A DNA stretch of 64,000 nt from Caldisphaera sp. (lineage in GTDB: Archaea > Thermoproteota > Thermoprotei_A > Sulfolobales > Acidilobaceae). Every line of letters starts with the position of its first letter. The first letter of the stretch is position 1. This document shows positions 10,639 through 21,362 of the stretch, piece after piece. The notes under the pieces were generated by a model. That model saw only the letters and a list, made by a program, of their open reading frames with translations, did no database searches and was not told where the DNA came from. The translations under genes were made by a program, and so were the position numbers. The DNA lies in the NCBI RefSeq assembly GCF_023256325.1, contig NZ_JAGDXI010000006.1, forward strand, positions 47,091 through 111,090, read 5' to 3'.

Positions 10639-11229
10639 CTATATGCTAGCATCTATTATTAGCTTTATTGCGTCGATAATTAAATTTTCATCTAATGATG
10701 GATAATTAAATTTTTTCATCTCGATTACTTGTTTGTGCGTTAAAGGTATGTGAATAAATCCTCCTTTAATACCTTTTTCATTTGCTAACTTCATAATCTT
10801 GTAAAATACCTCATTGCAAAGATATGTACCAGCATGGAATGAGTAATAAGCTGGAATTCCTTTTGACCATAAAATTTTTCTTATTTCTTCATAGGGCAGG
10901 CCTGTATATAAAGCCGCGGGTCCATCTTCTACTGAATCATCTATTTCTTTCTCATCATTAAAGTAATAGGAATTTATAGCTACCCTTTCTATTCTTATTC
11001 CAGTGGCTCCAGGAGCCAATCCTAAGCCAATAACTAGATCAGGTTTTATTTCATAAAATTTTTTATCAAGAATCTTTATTGCTTCTTTATGAATAACAGG
11101 TAATTCGATCCCATAAATTTTGTACTTATCAGTTTCAAAGTTATTTAATTTTTTTGCTATATCTCCACTTGGGTTATAATTAAATTCTAAAAAAGGTTCA
11201 AACCCTGTTAAGAGCACCCTTTTTTGCAT
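10639..11229 (-). CDS. pcp: Pyroglutamyl peptidase I
   Basis: LLTGFEPF, IERVAIN, AGTYLCN (catalytic Cys), GFIHIP. Confidence 0.93.
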   Translation of the reverse strand: MQKRVLLTGFEPFLEFNYNPSGDIAKKLNNFETDKYKIYGIELPVIHKEAIKILDKKFYEIKPDLVIGLGLAPGATGIRIERVAINSYYFNDEKEIDDSVEDGPAALYTGLPYEEIRKILWSKGIPAYYSFHAGTYLCNEVFYKIMKLANEKGIKGGFIHIPLTHKQVIEMKKFNYPSLDENLIIDAIKLIIDASI

Positions 11230-11438
11230 CTTTTGCTAACCCTAACTATTAATGATTATTGGCTATTAAAAATTTTTATTTTTAAACAATTTTTAAAGAT
11301 TTTCTGTTTTCAGAACAATGTTAAATAAATACTCCTAGAATAATTTAAAAAGATTTTATAACAAAGTTTTAGTTAATTGATATACTTAATGGGTACTTTT
11401 CATAGATCCCTATTAATATACTAATTAACTAAAATTCA

Positions 11439-12323
11439 TTATGGAGAAGTTATTGATTTCAAGAAGTTGTTAACTGCATTGTAATAATATTTTGGATTTT
11501 CTAAGAAGTTAAGGTGTGATGAATTTGGAATAACATACAGTAAAGAATTCTTTATGTTATCATGTATAACTTGCGCAACTCTAGGTGTGACTTCATCATG
11601 TTCACCCACTAAAATCAATGTGGGTATATTTATATTCTTTATATCATTAGTTATATCTATATCTTTGATAGATCCTGTTATTTCAAATTCAGTGGGTCCA
11701 TTCATTATTTTGTAGATTTTCCTATTAGAAATAGAATTAAAGGTATTTTGAACAAAATCTGGAAATCTGTGGAACATAAAAAGATGCCTTATATAGAACT
11801 CATTGACAGCTTTTGTGCACTTTTCGCTCGAGAAATCATTATTCCTTTCACATTCATATATAGTATTTTTAGTTTGTTCCGGTAATTTTTCTATTAATCT
11901 CCTCATTTCTTTAACTGTTAAAGGAACACTTGATAGTCCGCTTGAAACTATAAGCCCTTTTAAATTATTTTGATACTTTATAGCATAAGCTAATGCTAAA
12001 AGACCACCCCAAGAATGACCTAGTAATATAATTTTATCTTTGGCTAGTTTCTTTCTTACTTCTTCTACCTCTTCAACATAATATTCCAATCTGGCACAAT
12101 TTTGAAGGTCCTTTGCTTCTTCTGATTTTCCGCAACCGCATTGATCATAAAAAATTACTGTATTATTTTCTCTTGCAAATGATGATAATGGTAATAGATA
12201 ATCATGAGAACCGCCTGGTCCACCATGAAGTATTAACATTTTGTTTTTACCATGTCCATAAATTTTATAATAAAGGTTTACGCCAAAGACGTTGATAAAC
12301 CCATCTTTATAATTATCAAACAA
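11439..12323 (-). CDS. pip: Proline iminopeptidase (tricorn factor F1-like alpha/beta hydrolase)
   Basis: LHGGPG, GHSWGG nucleophile elbow, MNGPTEF, GEHDEVTP, SH. Confidence 0.9.
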   Translation of the reverse strand: MFDNYKDGFINVFGVNLYYKIYGHGKNKMLILHGGPGGSHDYLLPLSSFARENNTVIFYDQCGCGKSEEAKDLQNCARLEYYVEEVEEVRKKLAKDKIILLGHSWGGLLALAYAIKYQNNLKGLIVSSGLSSVPLTVKEMRRLIEKLPEQTKNTIYECERNNDFSSEKCTKAVNEFYIRHLFMFHRFPDFVQNTFNSISNRKIYKIMNGPTEFEITGSIKDIDITNDIKNINIPTLILVGEHDEVTPRVAQVIHDNIKNSLLYVIPNSSHLNFLENPKYYYNAVNNFLKSITSP

Positions 12324-12506
12324 GGTTTCACCAGTGTTATTATGATAATCTAAGATATTTAAATTTTAGATCAAGTTTATTTATCAAAGTAAATTATTTT
12401 CTTATATGTAGAGTCAAACAGTTTTTACGTAATAAAATAAAATATCTAATGAAAAACTCGAAACGTTTATAAAATGTATACCAATTTTTTGTATTTGTGA
12501 TCACAA

Positions 12507-13745
12507 ATGGTTAACACAATTAAGATAGCGGCTGTAATTTTCTTGGCTTTAGCTATAATTGGGTTTGGCCTTTTTGCTTATGAATACAGTATTAAGACCA
12601 AAATTTATCAGCAGACCAATTCATCAATTAATAATACTGCAAGCAATTCTTATTTATTTTCTATTCCAATGATAGGTATAGTTACACCTATGGCTATGGA
12701 GCAGGCACCAATATTGGCTGTGATGAAAAATGTGACAGAAATTAATATAAGTGGTTATACTTTCTACGTTGGTAAAATAGGAAATCAATGGGTAGTTAAT
12801 GTAAGAAGTGGAGAAAAAGAATATGCAGCTGAACTAGCTACTTATATTATGGATACTCATTTTCATATAATAGCTAACATATTAAGTGGGACAGCAGGTT
12901 CTAGAAATCCTTATGTGTTACCTGGTGATGTCGTTATTGGAGCGTATGTTGTTGATAAGTCATCAATTCATTATCATAATAGAGGATTTCAAAGTGATTA
13001 TACAGGTGTAGAAATGGTTGTAAGCAACAAAAGCCTAATTAATAACTCTATAATAGGCGGTTATGGAGAAGTGGGTCCAACTTTGCAAAATGCCTCATAT
13101 TATGGTTATGGCCCAGGTACAACCGATAAAAATTATGTTTATATTGCTGCATTTCCTGCTTCTCTTGGTTTAGTACAAATTGCACAACAAGCTCAACTAG
13201 GTTATTTACCCGCATCTAATATATCTAGCAATAGTACTATAAATGGGCTAGTTAAATCTCAAATTATTGTTGGAGTAATAGGATCCGCTAATCAATGGAC
13301 TGAACCATTAGTTTGGCAATTGGATCAAAATGCTTTGTATCAAACTGATGCAGGAGAAAACGAAGGCATGGGTTTTGCTTATGTAAATGCAGAACTTGGA
13401 ATTCCATGGATTATAGTTAGAGGGATATCCGATTCTCCATGGTTTCCAAACACATATATAGGAGTTTATGCAGCACAAGAAGCAGCAAATGTAACGATTT
13501 ACATAATAGAGCATTTCTCATACTCAAATCTATATCAAACTGTAAACGAAAGCATATTATCGAACGTGTCAAATGCTAAGCTGAATCATTATCTTATAGC
13601 TTTAAGAGCATATTATAGTGTTGGAAACGTAACTATGATAAAATATTTAGCAAGCAATGGAACTATAATTACAATAATATCTCCTAATATAAGTGAATAT
13701 ACATATGCTTATGGATATAAAGTACTAGATAGTAGAATTTCATAA
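12507..13745 (+). CDS. Secreted/membrane-anchored MTA/SAH nucleosidase-like (PNP_UDP_1 fold) protein
   Basis: N-terminal hydrophobic helix; SGTAGS, PGDVVIG, ENEG and VRGISD nucleosidase motifs; many N-x-S/T sequons. Confidence 0.75.
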   Translation: MVNTIKIAAVIFLALAIIGFGLFAYEYSIKTKIYQQTNSSINNTASNSYLFSIPMIGIVTPMAMEQAPILAVMKNVTEINISGYTFYVGKIGNQWVVNVRSGEKEYAAELATYIMDTHFHIIANILSGTAGSRNPYVLPGDVVIGAYVVDKSSIHYHNRGFQSDYTGVEMVVSNKSLINNSIIGGYGEVGPTLQNASYYGYGPGTTDKNYVYIAAFPASLGLVQIAQQAQLGYLPASNISSNSTINGLVKSQIIVGVIGSANQWTEPLVWQLDQNALYQTDAGENEGMGFAYVNAELGIPWIIVRGISDSPWFPNTYIGVYAAQEAANVTIYIIEHFSYSNLYQTVNESILSNVSNAKLNHYLIALRAYYSVGNVTMIKYLASNGTIITIISPNISEYTYAYGYKVLDSRIS

Positions 13746-13903
13746 ATTTAAACATTATTTATTTAAACATTAATTTTTATTTTTAGAAGAAAAGAAGCTG
13801 TGTTTTCTAACATAACATTTTGATGCAGTAATTGTTGATTTTCCGATAATACTTTTCCCCCATAAGCTAATTATTTTTGTCACAAAAATATTACCTTAAA
13901 TAA

Positions 13904-14767
13904 TTAGGGAGTACCTTTTCTGTATAGTTCTATTATTGAGGACACATCAAGTTCCCCAAATCCCAAACCTTCAGCAATTTTTAATAAATTAGAGATCAAA
14001 GAAGTAGTTGGTAATGGAACTTTAAGTTTTTGTCCTTCTCTTATCATTATCTCCGTATCTTTTCTCATGTGTTTTAATGCAAACTGTACATCAAAATTTG
14101 AATTTACCATTTTTGATAATTTTAAAATGCTTGCTGGAGATCTAGTACTGCTAATATTTAGGAATAAATCAGTTATAGCATCTTTGGAGATTCCAGCACG
14201 TTCAGCAAAATGAATTGCTTCAGCTAATCCATTAATAAATGATGCGAAAATCATGTTTCCTGCTAATTTCATGTAAAGTCCCATACCATTATTACCAGCA
14301 TAAATTATTTTTCCTGCGGTGTTACTTAATAAATTTCTTACTTCTTCAAAATGATCCTTAGGACCGCCAACTATTATTGAAACTTTTTTCTGTTCTACAT
14401 CGACTGACGTGCCCATCATGGGTGCATCAAACATTAATCCTCCATTTAAGAATACATTATTCGCTAAGTTTATACTCGTGGTAGGAGATATAGTTGATAG
14501 ATCTATAATAGTCTTCCCTTTCGCATAGGGTAAGATCTTGTAGATTGTATCAGAAACTGCATCATCATCTGATAAAACCGTTAATATTACATCGGAATTC
14601 TTTGCTAATTCTTCAACTGATTTTGATATATTAACATCATAAATCTTGGAAAATTCTTCAGCTTTTGAATAAGTTCTGTTGTAAACAAAATTAAGCAAGT
14701 TTACCTTTTTTAAATTTGCTGCAATCCTATAACCCATAACTCCTAATCCGATTAAACCTACTTTCAA
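13904..14767 (-). CDS. 3-hydroxyisobutyrate dehydrogenase family NAD(P)-dependent oxidoreductase
   Basis: GLIGLGVMG, DLSTISP, DAP, catalytic Lys in MKLAGN, KHMRKD. Confidence 0.9.
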   Translation of the reverse strand: MKVGLIGLGVMGYRIAANLKKVNLLNFVYNRTYSKAEEFSKIYDVNISKSVEELAKNSDVILTVLSDDDAVSDTIYKILPYAKGKTIIDLSTISPTTSINLANNVFLNGGLMFDAPMMGTSVDVEQKKVSIIVGGPKDHFEEVRNLLSNTAGKIIYAGNNGMGLYMKLAGNMIFASFINGLAEAIHFAERAGISKDAITDLFLNISSTRSPASILKLSKMVNSNFDVQFALKHMRKDTEIMIREGQKLKVPLPTTSLISNLLKIAEGLGFGELDVSSIIELYRKGTP

Positions 14768-14856
14768 ATCTATTTCATCTCCGCTTTAATAATGTTTTAT
14801 TTTTAGTTAAAACGTTTTAATTAAATGAATTGCAATAAATCAATTTATTATGAAAA

Positions 14857-16401
14857 TCAATGTATTAGATTTTGATCTGAGCTCTTATAAACTATATCTC
14901 CATTAATAATAGTTATTAATACTTTGTTATAAAAATAATCTTCCATGGGATCTTTGTCTAAAATTATAAGATCTCCTTTTTTACCTATCTCTATTTTACC
15001 TATATCATTCCTATCTATAGCTAACGAAGAGTCATTTGTATAAGCATTATAGGCTTCTAAAATACTAAAGGCTTCATGTTGTGTATATTTAAATAATTCA
15101 ATGTTTTGATTTTTCCCTCTATTTACTGCTGAATCAATGGTAAAAAATGGATTTATAGGTTCAACAGGAGAATCTGTTGAAAACGCAACATTTATTCCAT
15201 AGTTTATCAATGTTTTAAAAGGATATACCCAAGTAGATCTTTTCTTTCCTACTCTGTTTATTATCCAATAATCTGATATTATAAAATGAGGTTGAACAAC
15301 AACAAAAGGTTCAATTTTTGCAATTTTAGGAAATTGATCATCTCTAATAAGCGAAGCATGTTCAATCCTATTCCTTTTTCCACACCTTTCATAGACCCAA
15401 ATTACGTTATCTATTCCTTTATCTCCTATTGCGTGTATTGCAGTTTTTAGGTTTAGTTCTTTTGCTCTCATACAATTTTCTAGTAGATCTTCTTTACTCA
15501 TAGCTTCATAGCCATGGTTTGTAGGCTCATCATCATAAGGATATGACAATAAAGCTGTTCTAGATCCAAATGATCCATCAGCAAATAACTTTATTCCTTT
15601 TATTGCAAGAATATCATCGTTCTTAATTTCTCTTGATTTCTTCATTATTTCAGGTTTTAAATACGCTGAGATTCTAATCTTAAGCTTATTTTCTGACATT
15701 AACTCTATTAGAGACGTTAATGTCTTTTCATCGACGCTCATAAATCCTATAGATGTAACGCCATTTGCTAACAACTCGTTTTGTGCTAATTCTAATATTT
15801 CTTTTTGTTCATCAATATTTCTGCTTCCTCTTAATACTTTTCTTAGTTCTTCAAATGCCTCTTCTTTAATAATACCTGTAGGAGATCCATCTGGAAATTT
15901 TTCTATTCCGTATAGTTTTTGATTTACGTTTTTAAGTATGTTTATGGCATTTTGATTTATTAGAGCGGAATGTAGATCAATTCTAGAAAAAAACAAGGGT
16001 TTATCACTGGAGCAGTTATCAATATCGTGATGATTAGGCCATCTTTTTTCTATAAATTTTTCTTGGTCCCATCCATGGCCAAATATCCACGTTTTAAATT
16101 TGTCTTTTTCTCTAGAAATATAATTACATAACTGGTTAATTGAATTTATTTCTTTTAAATTTATCCCTTTTATGAATTCTCCAAGTTCATCTAAATGCAT
16201 GTGGGCATCTATAAATCCAGGAATTACGAATTTATTTTGTAGATCTATTATTTCAATCTTTTCTTTCTTAGCAAAGTTAATAATTTTATCATTGTTGTCA
16301 ATAATTTTATAAAGGCCATTATAGATTAAAACACCCCCGCTTTTTCTAAAAGGTGAAAACGATGTGTATATAGTTCCATTAACTAATGCTATAGATCCCA
16401 T
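14857..16401 (-). CDS. Amidohydrolase_3 (YtcJ-like) metal-dependent hydrolase
   Basis: PGFIDAHMH, KLFADGS, IHAIGD, RIEHAS, STDSP. Confidence 0.9.
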   Translation of the reverse strand: MGSIALVNGTIYTSFSPFRKSGGVLIYNGLYKIIDNNDKIINFAKKEKIEIIDLQNKFVIPGFIDAHMHLDELGEFIKGINLKEINSINQLCNYISREKDKFKTWIFGHGWDQEKFIEKRWPNHHDIDNCSSDKPLFFSRIDLHSALINQNAINILKNVNQKLYGIEKFPDGSPTGIIKEEAFEELRKVLRGSRNIDEQKEILELAQNELLANGVTSIGFMSVDEKTLTSLIELMSENKLKIRISAYLKPEIMKKSREIKNDDILAIKGIKLFADGSFGSRTALLSYPYDDEPTNHGYEAMSKEDLLENCMRAKELNLKTAIHAIGDKGIDNVIWVYERCGKRNRIEHASLIRDDQFPKIAKIEPFVVVQPHFIISDYWIINRVGKKRSTWVYPFKTLINYGINVAFSTDSPVEPINPFFTIDSAVNRGKNQNIELFKYTQHEAFSILEAYNAYTNDSSLAIDRNDIGKIEIGKKGDLIILDKDPMEDYFYNKVLITIINGDIVYKSSDQNLIH

Positions 16402-16570
16402 AAAATTTCACCAAAATCCATTTCTTACATATTTTATTTTAGTTTAAAAATATTAACACTTTAGAATAATATCCTAATAATGTAGTTTATGATGTTTATC
16501 AATCACTTTGGGTCAATTTTTAAAAGATTTTTATATTAGAAGTAAGTCATTTATGAATTGTGAATAAGAT

Positions 16571-17134
16571 TTGAATGAAGAAAAACTAACAACTAATGTT
16601 TTGATACTAGAGCTATCTACAATGATAGTAGCTATAGCATTAGCATTTAGCGCTCAATCTTTATCGAATAGTTTTACATTGTTTAACATTATAGATTATA
16701 TCTTTGTTAACATAATTGTTGTATGGTTTTGGTGGAGGTATATAATGGACAGGTTTAAATATCCAGTAAAGAGAAATACTTTTCCATTTTATGATGTATT
16801 GTTATTAATTATAATTTCACTTTTACCTGAGGTTTTGAAAGTAGGAGACATCTTTTATTTATCAGGGACTTTAGCTGCGTTATCTTTTATATGGTCTCTT
16901 ATGCTAAGAAGTATCTTAAATGACTACAGAAGTGTCTTTGACCAGAGATCAACGAAGAGTATTAAGGAGCAGATTAATTTAAGAATATTTTTAGGATTAA
17001 TATTTTTAATAAGTTTTATAATTGGCTTTGTTTCTATAGCTATTGCTCATATAATATTCTTTGTAACTATTTTGGTTATTATTTATAATTCGGTAATTGA
17101 ATTAGTAAGAGCGAGAATTAACAGAAAGCGTTGA
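16571..17134 (+). CDS. Six-TM membrane protein, TMEM175/DUF1211-like
   Basis: Six hydrophobic helices; IVVWFWWRY and LLIIISLLP resemble TMEM175 helices 2-3; helix-1 FSD motif absent. Confidence 0.5.
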   Translation: MNEEKLTTNVLILELSTMIVAIALAFSAQSLSNSFTLFNIIDYIFVNIIVVWFWWRYIMDRFKYPVKRNTFPFYDVLLLIIISLLPEVLKVGDIFYLSGTLAALSFIWSLMLRSILNDYRSVFDQRSTKSIKEQINLRIFLGLIFLISFIIGFVSIAIAHIIFFVTILVIIYNSVIELVRARINRKR

Positions 17135-17160
17135 TAAAAAGAAATTTAACTAAATTATGG

Positions 17161-17868
17161 TTAATCAAAATTCTTAAAATAATTTCTTGCTTCATTAAAT
17201 TCATTTATTATTTTTATGCTGCTACTTGTTCCTAAAATATCAGCACCTGCATATAAATAAAGAAGCGCTTGTATTGCAGTTTTAATTCCTCCAGATGCCT
17301 TAATTTTTTGATTTTTGCTTACATTTTGTCTAATGATCAATATATCATCAATTGTCACACCTCTAGGACCAAATCCAGTGCATGTTTTAATGAAATCCCC
17401 ACCATGTTTTTCGATTATTTTAGAAACTTGTATAATGTTATTTTTATTTAAATATCCTGTCTCTATTATAAATTTTAATTTTGCTCCAAGTTGGTGCCCA
17501 AGTTCAGTGAGTTCTTCGACTTCTTTGTTTATAATATCAAACTTGTTCGACATCATAGCTATTAGATCCAATACAACATCTATCTCCTTTGCCCCATCAT
17601 TAATTGCTTTTTCAATTTGAATTTTCTTAATTTCTAATGGATCATTACCCATAGGAAAACTTATTACAGATGATATTCTAATGTTTGAAATTTCGGATGC
17701 ATATTTAACAGCGGATAAAGGTAATACTAATGATCTGAATCCATATTTTTTTGTTTCTTCAATTCCTCTAATGATTCCATCATATCCTTCTTCAGGCTTA
17801 AGAACAGTATGGTCAATTCTTTCTGCTAGTTCTCTTTCGTTATATGGTATGCTAATTTCATTTTTCAA
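17161..17868 (-). CDS. deoC: Deoxyribose-phosphate aldolase
   Basis: IDHTVLKP, GAKEID, KFIIETG, FIKTCTGF, KASGGI, GTSS. Confidence 0.95.
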   Translation of the reverse strand: MKNEISIPYNERELAERIDHTVLKPEEGYDGIIRGIEETKKYGFRSLVLPLSAVKYASEISNIRISSVISFPMGNDPLEIKKIQIEKAINDGAKEIDVVLDLIAMMSNKFDIINKEVEELTELGHQLGAKLKFIIETGYLNKNNIIQVSKIIEKHGGDFIKTCTGFGPRGVTIDDILIIRQNVSKNQKIKASGGIKTAIQALLYLYAGADILGTSSSIKIINEFNEARNYFKNFD

Positions 17869-17911
17869 ATATTATCACCAAAGTTTTAGTATACGGTTTG
17901 AAATTTAATAG

Positions 17912-19069
17912 TTACAGTAATAAAAATAAAGATGCCACCGTGCCTCTAGCTATTGCAGTATACAGAAACATATCTCTTAATATATGGTATCCATATTTTT
18001 GCTGTAAAATGTCATAAGTTATCCCGCCAATTTCTCCTCCCAATAATGCGGACAAACCCATTATAACGCTATAAGTTCCTATAGCAGATCTTTTGTCTTT
18101 GGAGTTATCAACTAAATATGAAAAGTATCCAACATTATTTATAGAATTTGAAACGCCTCCTAATACATTGGCTAGATAAATTCCGTTAATGTTAGGAGAT
18201 ATTGCGTAGGCTAATGCAAAAAAAGTGTTTGTTAGCCTACCTATGTATAAGGAGAGTTTAATGTGCCTAGATATAAAATATCCAAAAAATCTTTGTAATA
18301 GAATTGTGGAAGAAGTTGATATTATATTTATTATAGCAACTTGGAAAGTATTCATATGGAATACAAATATTTGGGCTAAAGGAAATAAAGGCCATGCAAA
18401 AGACCAAGTAATCATGTACAAAAAATTAAATAAGAAAAATTTTTTTAGTTTATTAAAGTCTTCTTTATTTATCCATACACTGTTTTTTGAAGTGTAATCT
18501 TCTTTGTAATCTATTCCAGTTACTATTAATGTTGAAATTAATGTAACAAAAGCTGATAATATAAATAAATATTTAACTAATAGGGTGTTATATTCCAAAT
18601 ATAGGCCTCCTAAGGCAATAACTGGTAAAGATCCAAGAGATGAATAAAAATATATCCTTGATAATGTCACGCTCCTGCTAACTCTGCTATAAAGTTCTAA
18701 ATAAAGAGAAAGACCAAATCCTGTTATTCCAGAGCTTATCATAATTAAGGAAACAAAAATTGTATACAGAGGACCTTGCGTAGTAACAAAAAATAAAGCT
18801 GCTAATGAGATACTTTTCAATATATTACCATATAAAATTAATGATTTGGGATTTTTCTTTGTGAGAGATGAAAGGTATTGAGAAATATTGGTAAAAAATG
18901 TTCCTGAAGTTGATACTATACCTAATAGATAACCGGGTAATCCTATCGTTGCACCAATAAAGGCTAAAAATGGAGAATATGAGCTAGATATCATACTGTT
19001 TATTAAGTTATATATTGAAAGTTTTGAAATAGCTTTTTTATCGTTTTCGCTATTACTCAATTTATTCAT
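17912..19069 (-). CDS. MFS transporter
   Basis: About 12 TM segments with a central hydrophilic loop. Confidence 0.8.
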   Translation of the reverse strand: MNKLSNSENDKKAISKLSIYNLINSMISSSYSPFLAFIGATIGLPGYLLGIVSTSGTFFTNISQYLSSLTKKNPKSLILYGNILKSISLAALFFVTTQGPLYTIFVSLIMISSGITGFGLSLYLELYSRVSRSVTLSRIYFYSSLGSLPVIALGGLYLEYNTLLVKYLFILSAFVTLISTLIVTGIDYKEDYTSKNSVWINKEDFNKLKKFFLFNFLYMITWSFAWPLFPLAQIFVFHMNTFQVAIINIISTSSTILLQRFFGYFISRHIKLSLYIGRLTNTFFALAYAISPNINGIYLANVLGGVSNSINNVGYFSYLVDNSKDKRSAIGTYSVIMGLSALLGGEIGGITYDILQQKYGYHILRDMFLYTAIARGTVASLFLLL

Positions 19070-19240
19070 TTCACCTCTTTAATTAGTAAAATATAAATTT
19101 AAAAGTTTAAACTATAAAAAAATTTATTTTTTAATAATTTTATCTTTAAATAGCTTTTTATAAACTGAAATTTACTTTTACTTAAAAAATTATATAAAGT
19201 AAATAAAATTGATCTTGCTGCACTATTTATTATTTTAATA

Positions 19241-19903
19241 TCAGATTTTTAACTCAAATACTATAAATCCCTCTGAATTTTCCTTTTTATTTATTGATAT
19301 ATGTTCAAATTCCAGGTTGTCCCCTTTTAAAACAAATGGAGGGTTAGTTTGTAATAATATTATTTGATCATTTTTGTAAAATAATTTCTTGTATTTGTTA
19401 AATGGATACCATACCCAATTATCAACATATCCATTAAAAATAAAATCTATATTTTTCTTTTGCTCTAATTTATACATTTCAATTATGTTTTTAAAATCAA
19501 GTCTATTTCCGCTATTAAAATAAAATCGATCTATTTCTTTAAAACCCATTGATTTTACTAAGGCTAGAGATGGTTCATTCTTTTCATTTACTGTTAATCT
19601 GAAGACTCTTTTTTTACTTAATTCTATAGCTTTTTCTGTTAGCTTTTTACCAATACCTTTCTTTCTAAAGTTTTTATTAACTCTTATACCCTCAAGCCAA
19701 GCAAAATCATCACATATTTTGGCGTGTATTATGCCCAAAATATTTCCGTTGCTATCAACAGCTTTAATAAAAAGTCCATCATTAATCCATTCATCAAAAA
19801 CTTCTTTTATATAATCTCCCCATTCAAATGTGTTTTTCGTTAGTTCCTCAACTAATTTTTTATCAGAATATATAACTTTTTCAAACTTAATATCTTGGAT
19901 CAT
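19241..19903 (-). CDS. GNAT-family N-acetyltransferase
   Basis: WLEGIRV..FRKKGIG acetyl-CoA-binding motif, N..S..L...GF. Confidence 0.88.
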   Translation of the reverse strand: MIQDIKFEKVIYSDKKLVEELTKNTFEWGDYIKEVFDEWINDGLFIKAVDSNGNILGIIHAKICDDFAWLEGIRVNKNFRKKGIGKKLTEKAIELSKKRVFRLTVNEKNEPSLALVKSMGFKEIDRFYFNSGNRLDFKNIIEMYKLEQKKNIDFIFNGYVDNWVWYPFNKYKKLFYKNDQIILLQTNPPFVLKGDNLEFEHISINKKENSEGFIVFELKI

Positions 19904-19967
19904 TTTAGCTCCTAGTTTTTACTTATAAAGATTAAATATATACATCTAACTCTATAAGACTAAGTAA

Positions 19968-21107
19968 TTAACCATTATTACGACCTTGAGATATGATTAT
20001 GTAGACTACTATAAAAAAGGCTACTATAGACGCTATAGAAGAAAAATAATATGCATAGTAATATTTAATTTGATAAAGAAATCCCATTATAAAGTTACTA
20101 GTAAAAATACCTATACTCCTACCAAAAGTTAGCAAACCCATATTTTCTCCTATGGATTCTTTTTTTGAAAATATTGATATTATTGATGGTTCAAATGTTT
20201 CAGCAGATGCAACAGAAGCACCTAATAGGAATGCCATTGGATATATCCCTTTTATGCCAAAAGGGGATAGAAAAGCAAACCCCAAAGATGAAATAGATGC
20301 AATTAGATATCCAAGAAATCCTAATCCCATAAACTCATTAATTCTAGTTCTACTATATATGAGGCCAAAAAAGGATGAGGCTGTTAAAAAGATACCATAA
20401 CTTATAACTGCTAAATAATTTTCATGAGTAAAATGAGCTGTTGTAATTATAGGAAAGCCAAAGCTATATTGAGACAAGCCAAAAAGTGTTGTCGATATTA
20501 TCAATAAGATAATTATTTTATCATTTCCTTTAAAAATTGTTTTCCTTTTATAAGTTATTTTTCCGGCATTTGATACCGATAATAAAACTGTTGAGATAAT
20601 AATAGGTATTGAAGTTATTAATAATAAATATTCTATTGGGAACTTAAAGTATAGCAAAATGCTAGTATATGTTATTGCTAAAATAGCTCCACCTATATCA
20701 AGGCTATGAAGTATTCCAAAGGCTTTAACTCTTTCCTTTTCGCTTGTTACTTCTGTTATCATAGATCTTCTTATAGGAGACCTAAAATTCCTAAACCACC
20801 ATGGTATCATAAATATTAGTAATGCTTCCCACCAATTTTTTGAAAATCCTAATAAAGAAATAAATACTATTATTGAATTACCTAAAACAGCCATCTTTTT
20901 TCTTCCAAATCTATCTCCCATTATGCCTCCAATTAAACCCATGAAACTTCCAAGTCCATAGTTAAGTGCTTCAGCAACTCCATATAACCATATAGGAGTT
21001 TTTAGAATAATAACGAAAATTAAGGGAAACATGACTACAGCTGTTTGATATCCAAGATCCGCAAAGAATGCGGAGAAAGCTAATTTATAGACTTCTTTTG
21101 AAATCAA
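19968..21107 (-). CDS. MFS transporter
   Basis: GIMGDRFGRKK motif A; about 12 TM segments. Confidence 0.88.
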   Translation of the reverse strand: MISKEVYKLAFSAFFADLGYQTAVVMFPLIFVIILKTPIWLYGVAEALNYGLGSFMGLIGGIMGDRFGRKKMAVLGNSIIVFISLLGFSKNWWEALLIFMIPWWFRNFRSPIRRSMITEVTSEKERVKAFGILHSLDIGGAILAITYTSILLYFKFPIEYLLLITSIPIIISTVLLSVSNAGKITYKRKTIFKGNDKIIILLIISTTLFGLSQYSFGFPIITTAHFTHENYLAVISYGIFLTASSFFGLIYSRTRINEFMGLGFLGYLIASISSLGFAFLSPFGIKGIYPMAFLLGASVASAETFEPSIISIFSKKESIGENMGLLTFGRSIGIFTSNFIMGFLYQIKYYYAYYFSSIASIVAFFIVVYIIISQGRNNG

Positions 21108-21362
21108 GCTTAATTCCCAAATAAAGTAAATAAATAGGGTATATTTTATGTTTTTTATTCTAAAAACTAGATATTAAATACATAATGTTAATTTTTGTTA
21201 AGTTTGATAATATAAAGTTAAAATAATTTCCGAGCATTTTATTAATTGATAGTTCACTTATAACATGGTGGCGATGTAGATAACTTATATTAAAGATGGT
21301 CGATAACGATGATATAAGGAAAAATATTTAAACAAGATTTTTTGTAATTTATTAGGGTTAAA

